Part shown: positions 58,450-64,000 of the stretch, in pieces | Layout: each line of letters begins with the position of its first letter | How positions within the stretch are numbered: position 1 is the stretch's first letter | Assembly: GCA_965208575.1 (NCBI GenBank) | Contig: CBDBOV010000005.1 | Span: 480,001 to 544,000, forward strand | DNA: 64,000 nt | DNA from: Spirochaetia bacterium | GTDB lineage: Bacteria > Spirochaetota > Spirochaetia > SZUA-6 > Bin103 | Direction: 5' to 3' | Notes under the pieces: model-generated | Told to the model about the DNA's origin: nothing | The model's database searches: none | Seen by the model: the letters and a program-made list of their open reading frames with translations, nothing else | Translations under genes and position numbers: made by a program

Positions 58450-60564
58450 ATGATGGTACCTAGCGCATCGGCTGCGCTTCACCGCCAGAAACGTACGTAT
58501 GACCGCACGAATAGCGTTGTGTTCCTCAAAACGAGGGAGCGGTACGGCGGTCTGTCGAATATGGCCGGTGGGTTTCCCCTACGGGTGAACGGCCTGCGCA
58601 TTCTCACCTCTGAAGCGCTCTATCAAGCGTGTCGGTTTCCGCACCGGCCCGATCTGCAGCGGATGGTCATCGAGCAGCGTAGTCCGATGACGGCCAAGAT
58701 GAAGAGCAAGCCACACAGATATGAGACGCGGCGGGACTGGAACCGAGTGCGTGTCGCCATCATGCGTTGGTGCCTGCGCGTCAAGCTCGCACAGAATGCC
58801 GCCGCGTTCCGCAATCTGCTGTTGAGCACCGGAGACCTCGCGATCGTAGAGGAATCCCGAAGGGACGACTTCTGGGGAGCGAATCCTATAGACGAAAATA
58901 GGCTCGTCGGTGTGAACGCGCTCGGGCGGTTGCTGATGGAGTTACGGGAACTGGTCAAGAGCGAGCCTCAAGACAGCCTGCTGGACGTAGACCTCCCGTC
59001 AATACCCCATTTTCTGCTCGACGGGCGCCCTATTCAGCGGATTTTTTCCGGACGGGTGTGTGGCAGAGGCAAAGAGAAGGGAGATCCCCCGGCTTCGGCC
59101 GAGCAGCTTCGCACCGTAGACTCGAAGGTAGCGTCGTCACTTCTGAACTCCGCGATACCAACGGACTCTTCGCCCGCACGGAAGGATTCGCCGGAACATC
59201 GGAAGGAGGACGATCTGGCGCCTTCGGGTACGTATGCGGGCTACAAGAACTCCGGCGTCGAGTGGTTGGGAGAGGTGCCGACTCATTGGGACGTGCTGAG
59301 AGTCAAGGCATGGCTGGGCGTCAACCAACTGGTGCTGCCGGAAGACACCGATCCAGACTACACGTTCGACTACGTGGACATCGGGTCTGTGACGACCGGG
59401 CAGCTCTCGGCAAGACCCGAACGAATTCGTTTCGGAGACGCACCGTCTCGCGCTAGGCGCGTGGTCAGGCCCGGCGACACGCTTTTTTCGACAGTGAGGA
59501 CCTATCTGAAGGCGGTCTGGCATGTGGAACACTTGCGTACCGATCTGATCGCGTCAACTGGTTTCGCAGTATTTACGCCGCGGCACGGCACGGTCCCGAA
59601 GTTCACGAGCTACTTCTTCCAGAGTAATCCGTTCACAGACCGCGTAGCGGCTGAGTCAGTGGGAATGGCTTATCCAGCCATTGCCGAGGCGAGATTGGGG
59701 ACGCTCGAAGTGTGTGTGCCGCCTTTCGCGGAGCAAGCTGAGATCGTCGGCTTCCTCGACGACGCCGACCGGCACATTCGGCGCTACATCCGTGCCAAGC
59801 AGAAGTTGATCGTACTGCTGGAGGAGCAGAAGCAGGTCCTCATCCACGAGGCCGTCACCGGGAGGATCGACGTGCGGACAGGGCGACCGTATCCGTCCTA
59901 TAAGGACTCGGAGATCAAGTGGTTGGGGGCGGTGCCTACGCATTGGCAAGTACGCGCAGCAAAGTGGTACTTCCGGGAGTCCAACCACCGATCGGATACC
60001 GGTTCCGAGGAACTTCTATCTGTGTCACACATTACAGGTGTGACGCCGCGCAGTGGTAAGAGGAATGTCTCGATGTTCAAGGCTGAGTCGAACGTAGGGT
60101 ATAAGTTATGTGCGCCTGGCGACATTGTAGTGAATACGATGTGGGCTTGGATGTCCGCTTTGGGGATTGCCAGACAAAGCGGTATCGTCAGCCCGTCATA
60201 CGCTGTCTATCGCCCACGCGTGTCTTCGACGCTGAACGGAGAGTATGTCGACCTTTTGCTACGCACCGCGCCATACCAGAACGAGTACGTATGTAGGTCC
60301 ACTGGCATTCACTCTTCCCGATTAAGGTTGTATCCGGAGGACTTCTTGCGCATTCGGCTTCTTTGTCCGCCGGCGGAGGAGCAAGGCTCCATCGTTGATT
60401 TCGTCAATCGGGCATCAGACGTCACCGTTCGGTACATTGACCGTACATGCGACGAAATCGCTCGTCTTGAAGAGTACTGGGAACGCCTGATCGTCGATGT
60501 CGTCACGGGGAAGTTCGATGTTCGGGGGGCCACGGCTGAAATGAGGACGCTTGTTCAATTCTGA
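58450..60564 (+). CDS. hsdS: NADAR domain fused to the type I specificity subunit HsdS
   Basis: The N-terminal ~195 aa are NADAR (GGLSNM, SEALYQACRF, DW...MRWCLRVK, LLLSTG, IVEES.RDDFWG, NALGRLLMELR). From 59233 come HsdS repeats YKNSGVEWLGEVPTHW / YKDSEIKWLGAVPTHW, PP..EQ..IV.F and two TRDs. Confidence 0.9.
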   Translation: MMVPSASAALHRQKRTYDRTNSVVFLKTRERYGGLSNMAGGFPLRVNGLRILTSEALYQACRFPHRPDLQRMVIEQRSPMTAKMKSKPHRYETRRDWNRVRVAIMRWCLRVKLAQNAAAFRNLLLSTGDLAIVEESRRDDFWGANPIDENRLVGVNALGRLLMELRELVKSEPQDSLLDVDLPSIPHFLLDGRPIQRIFSGRVCGRGKEKGDPPASAEQLRTVDSKVASSLLNSAIPTDSSPARKDSPEHRKEDDLAPSGTYAGYKNSGVEWLGEVPTHWDVLRVKAWLGVNQLVLPEDTDPDYTFDYVDIGSVTTGQLSARPERIRFGDAPSRARRVVRPGDTLFSTVRTYLKAVWHVEHLRTDLIASTGFAVFTPRHGTVPKFTSYFFQSNPFTDRVAAESVGMAYPAIAEARLGTLEVCVPPFAEQAEIVGFLDDADRHIRRYIRAKQKLIVLLEEQKQVLIHEAVTGRIDVRTGRPYPSYKDSEIKWLGAVPTHWQVRAAKWYFRESNHRSDTGSEELLSVSHITGVTPRSGKRNVSMFKAESNVGYKLCAPGDIVVNTMWAWMSALGIARQSGIVSPSYAVYRPRVSSTLNGEYVDLLLRTAPYQNEYVCRSTGIHSSRLRLYPEDFLRIRLLCPPAEEQGSIVDFVNRASDVTVRYIDRTCDEIARLEEYWERLIVDVVTGKFDVRGATAEMRTLVQF

Positions 60565-60604
60565 GGAACCGGCTGACAAGTAAGCAATCGACCAGGAGGC
60601 GAAG

Positions 60605-60735
60605 TGTGATGGATGGAAAGCCTTCCGTGAAGTGGAACGGAGGCCTAGCAAGATTAGTGGCGCGTGGGCATTCACGGGAACACGGGTGCCGGTGTATACG
60701 CTGTTCAAGAACCTGAGAGAGGCGCTGGCCAATTG
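60605..60735 (+). pseudogene. DUF433 antitoxin-like remnant
   Basis: Translated by hand: EVERRPSKISGAWAFTGTRVPVYTLFKNL; no intact start codon. Confidence 0.55.
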
Positions 60736-60909
60736 AATCTGCCGTCCGATGAGGCATGTCGGTTATGTTGTGGGAGCGCCTTTCGGCGCATTCGGCGGAT
60801 AGTCTGCCGATTGGCGTGTGGTTCGCCTTCGGACCAGGGACGTCGGCGAGGGCGATTGCGGCCGTGGGTGCTGGTGAGATCATTGAAGTGCCCATTCGGG
60901 TGAAGTGAT

Positions 60910-63900
60910 ATGGCTACGGACACCACCGAACGGGCGCTGGAACGGCTGCTCTGCAGGGCACTGGCGGGCCACCCATGCGATCCGCCGGTCGAGGGCACCG
61001 TCGCAGATCCTCCGGCCGGCTACGGCGGAGTAGGGTGGAGCGGCGGAAGTTTCCATGACTACGACCGCGAATACTGCGTTGACTTGGTACAGTTCGCGGC
61101 GTTCTTGTGGGACACGCAGCCGGAGGCCGCCGAGGCGCTGGGACTGTGGCAGGACAGTCTTCCACGGCGAGCGTTTCTGACACGGCTGCAAGGCGAGGTG
61201 AGCAGGCGCGGCACGATCGATGTGCTGCGCAACGGGGTCAAGCACCGCGCGCTGCACGTCGAGTTGTTCTACGGCACACCGTCGGAGCACAACCGGCAGG
61301 CGCAGGAACGGTACGGGCAGAACCGGTTCACCGTGACCCGGCAGCTTCGCTACAGCCGGGATGAGGCGCAGCGGGCGCTGGACATCGGGTTGTTCATCAA
61401 CGGGTTGCCGGTGTTCACGTTCGAGCTGAAGAACAGCCTCACCAAGCAAACGGCGGATGACGCGGTGTTGCAGTACCAGCAGGATCGCAACCCGCGCGAG
61501 AAGCTGTTCGCGTTCGGGCGCTGCATCGCGCACTTCGCGGTGGACGAGCGCGAGGTGCAGTTCTGCACCCATCTCAAGGGAAAGGCATCGTGGTTCCTAC
61601 CGTTCAATCGCGGCTGGAACGACGGAGCGGGCAACCCGCCCAACCCACACGGGCTGGCGATCGATTACCTGTGGCGCGAGGTGCTGCCGACGGTGAGCGT
61701 GACCAACATCCTGGAGAACTACGCCCAGGTGGTAGAGGAGAAGGACGACAAGACCGGCAAGAAGCGGCGGGCGCAGGTCTGGCCGCGCTACCACCAGCTC
61801 GACGTGGTACGCCGCCTGCTGGCCGACGCCGAATCCCACGGGGCGGGCCGGCGCTACCTGATCCAGCACTCGGCCGGCAGTGGCAAGAGCAATTCCATTG
61901 CTTGGCTGGCGCATCAGCTCATCGGGTTGACCAGAGACGATGCACCGGTGTTCGACTCGATCATCGTGGTCACCGACCGGCGCATCCTCGACCGGCAGAT
62001 CCGCGACACCATCCGGCAGTACGCCCAGGTGTCGGCGACGGTCGGGCACGCCGACCGCTCGGGCGATCTGCGCCGGTTCATCGAGAGCGGCAAGAAGATT
62101 ATCATCTCCACGGTGCAGAAGTTCCCGTTCATCCTCGACGAGATCGGCAACGAGCAGCGCGGGCGCAGCTTCGCGATCATCATCGACGAGGCGCACTCCA
62201 GCCAGGGCGGCCGTACCAGCGCGGCGATGGCGCAGGCGCTGTCGGCGGCCGGCGAGGTGGACGAGGAGGAAACCTACGAGGACCAGATCAACCGCTTGAT
62301 GGAGTCGCGCAAGCTTTTGCCGAACGCCAGTTACTTCGCGTTTACCGCCACCCCCAAGAACAAGACGCTGGAGATCTTCGGTACTCTCGACCCGCAGCCG
62401 GACGGGACGGTGAGGCACTACGCGTTCCACAGCTACACCATGAAGCAGGCGATCCAGGAGGGGTTCATCCTCGACGTGCTCGCCCGCTACACGCCGGTGG
62501 CCAGCTACTACCGGCTGGCCAAGACGGTGGAGGACGACCCGGAGTTCGACGTCAAGAAGGCGCAGAGGAAGCTACGCCGGTTCGTGGAGGGCAGCGACCA
62601 CGCGACCCGCCTCAAGGCCGAGATCATGGTCGACCACTTCCACGACCAGGTGCTGGCGCAGGGCAAGATCGGCGGCGCGGCGCGGGCGATGGTGGTAACC
62701 AACGGCATAGAACGCGCCATCCAGTACTACCACGCCATCAGCGACTACCTGGCCGAGCGCAAGAGCCGCTACCAGGCCCTGGTCGCCTTCTCCGGCGAGC
62801 ACGAGTACGGCGGCGTGAGGCTGACCGAGGCGTCGTTGAACGGTTTGCCGTCAGCGCAGATCGCTGACCGCTTCCAGGAGGATCCGTACCGCTTCCTGGT
62901 GTGCGCGGACAAGTTCCAGACCGGCTACGACGAGCCGCTGCTGCACACCATGTACGTGGACAAGACGCTGTCCGGCATCAAGGCCGTGCAGACCCTGTCG
63001 CGTCTCAACCGGGCGCACCCCAAGAAGCACGACGTGTTCGTACTCGATTTTCTGAACGACGCCGACACCATCCGCGAGGCGTTCGCGGACTTCTACCGGG
63101 CGACGATCCTGGCCGACGAGACCGACCCCAACAAGCTGCACGACCTGCAGGCCGACCTGGACGCTGCCCAGGTCTATTCCGAGGAGCAGGTAGAGGAACT
63201 GGTGCGGCGCTACCTTGGCGGTGCCGAGCGCGACCGGCTCGATCCGATCCTGGATGATTGTGTGGCGGTGTACCTGCGCGAGCTGGACGAGGACGGACAG
63301 GTGGAGTTCAAGGGCAATGCCAAGGCATTCGTCCGCACCTACGGCTTTCTCTCCGCGGTGCTGCCGTACGGCAACCCCGGCTGGGAGAAGCGCTCGATCT
63401 TCCTCAACCTGCTGGTGCCAAAGCTGCCGGCGCCGGAGGAGCCCGACCTTGCCAAGGGGATCCTGGACGCAATCGACCTGGACAGCTACCGGGTGGAGAA
63501 ACAGGCGATGCAGAAGATCCTGCTGCCGGACGAGGACGCCGAGATCGGCCCGGTGCCCACCTCGGCCGGCGGCTCCCGCCCGGAGCCGGAGCTGGACCGG
63601 CTCTCCGTCATCCTGCGCACCTTCAACGAGCACTTCGGCGACATCCGGTGGGAGGACGCCGACCGCGTGCGGCAGCTCATCATCGAGACCATCCCGTCCC
63701 GCGTCGCCGCCGACACCGCGTTCCGCAACGCGCGGCAGAACTCGGACCGCCAGAACGCGCGCATCGAGCACGACAAGGCACTACTCCGCGTGATGACCTC
63801 CGTGATGCGCGACGACACCGAGCTGTTCAAGCAGTTCATGGACAACGACAGCTTCAAGCGCTGGCTCACCGATACCGTGTTCTCGCTTGCCTACGAACCG

Positions 63901-63915
63901 GCGGGCCCGGCCTGA
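60910..63915 (+). CDS. hsdR: Type I restriction endonuclease subunit R
   Basis: FELKN nuclease motif, HSAGSGKS, IIIDEAH, FTATP, QTLSRLNR. Confidence 0.93.
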   Translation: MATDTTERALERLLCRALAGHPCDPPVEGTVADPPAGYGGVGWSGGSFHDYDREYCVDLVQFAAFLWDTQPEAAEALGLWQDSLPRRAFLTRLQGEVSRRGTIDVLRNGVKHRALHVELFYGTPSEHNRQAQERYGQNRFTVTRQLRYSRDEAQRALDIGLFINGLPVFTFELKNSLTKQTADDAVLQYQQDRNPREKLFAFGRCIAHFAVDEREVQFCTHLKGKASWFLPFNRGWNDGAGNPPNPHGLAIDYLWREVLPTVSVTNILENYAQVVEEKDDKTGKKRRAQVWPRYHQLDVVRRLLADAESHGAGRRYLIQHSAGSGKSNSIAWLAHQLIGLTRDDAPVFDSIIVVTDRRILDRQIRDTIRQYAQVSATVGHADRSGDLRRFIESGKKIIISTVQKFPFILDEIGNEQRGRSFAIIIDEAHSSQGGRTSAAMAQALSAAGEVDEEETYEDQINRLMESRKLLPNASYFAFTATPKNKTLEIFGTLDPQPDGTVRHYAFHSYTMKQAIQEGFILDVLARYTPVASYYRLAKTVEDDPEFDVKKAQRKLRRFVEGSDHATRLKAEIMVDHFHDQVLAQGKIGGAARAMVVTNGIERAIQYYHAISDYLAERKSRYQALVAFSGEHEYGGVRLTEASLNGLPSAQIADRFQEDPYRFLVCADKFQTGYDEPLLHTMYVDKTLSGIKAVQTLSRLNRAHPKKHDVFVLDFLNDADTIREAFADFYRATILADETDPNKLHDLQADLDAAQVYSEEQVEELVRRYLGGAERDRLDPILDDCVAVYLRELDEDGQVEFKGNAKAFVRTYGFLSAVLPYGNPGWEKRSIFLNLLVPKLPAPEEPDLAKGILDAIDLDSYRVEKQAMQKILLPDEDAEIGPVPTSAGGSRPEPELDRLSVILRTFNEHFGDIRWEDADRVRQLIIETIPSRVAADTAFRNARQNSDRQNARIEHDKALLRVMTSVMRDDTELFKQFMDNDSFKRWLTDTVFSLAYEPAGPA

Positions 63916-64000
63916 ATCGCTGCAGCGGCGCGCCAGACGCTGCCCAGCCTGCCTGGTGTGCGACTCACGGCATCCAACGCAGAGGTGGCGAAGGCCTCCC

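Noticed and set aside
57433-59035. Canonical DarTG1 (DarT1-NADAR) system
   Set aside because: The gene upstream of NADAR shows a PRTase PRPP-binding loop, and I see no DarT ADP-ribosyltransferase motifs.
1-64000. tRNA, rRNA or CRISPR arrays
   Set aside because: None recognised by eye; a tRNAscan-SE/Infernal/CRISPR scan would be needed to exclude them formally.

Overview
GC-rich bacterial accessory region. The 'WAAG/FAAG'-type N-termini of the binding proteins suggest a spirochaete, but this is only inference. The left ~40 kb is a decaying tandem array of peptide/nickel-type (SBP_bac_5) ABC cassettes built as [promoter + long leader - divergent binding protein - near-identical permease B - permease C - variable toxin-antitoxin cargo], and many copies have collapsed through microhomology deletions. 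This part also holds a sugar-type ABC cassette, two PhyH dioxygenases, a split acoX/acoABC acetoin operon, an IS1634-family element and a sulfatase. About ten intact TA pairs and four TA remnants are visible across the window. The right ~18 kb is a defence island with three copies of the hsdM 5' end, a DUF1828-like gene, a Gabija-like OLD nuclease + UvrD pair and a type I restriction-modification operon. The best candidate for an undescribed system lies inside that operon: a phosphoribosyltransferase (PRTase)-fold gene is directly followed by a NADAR N-glycosidase fused in frame to the HsdS specificity subunit. No rRNA, tRNA, CRISPR array, integrase or reverse transcriptase was recognised. All family calls come from motif reading by eye, with no database searches.
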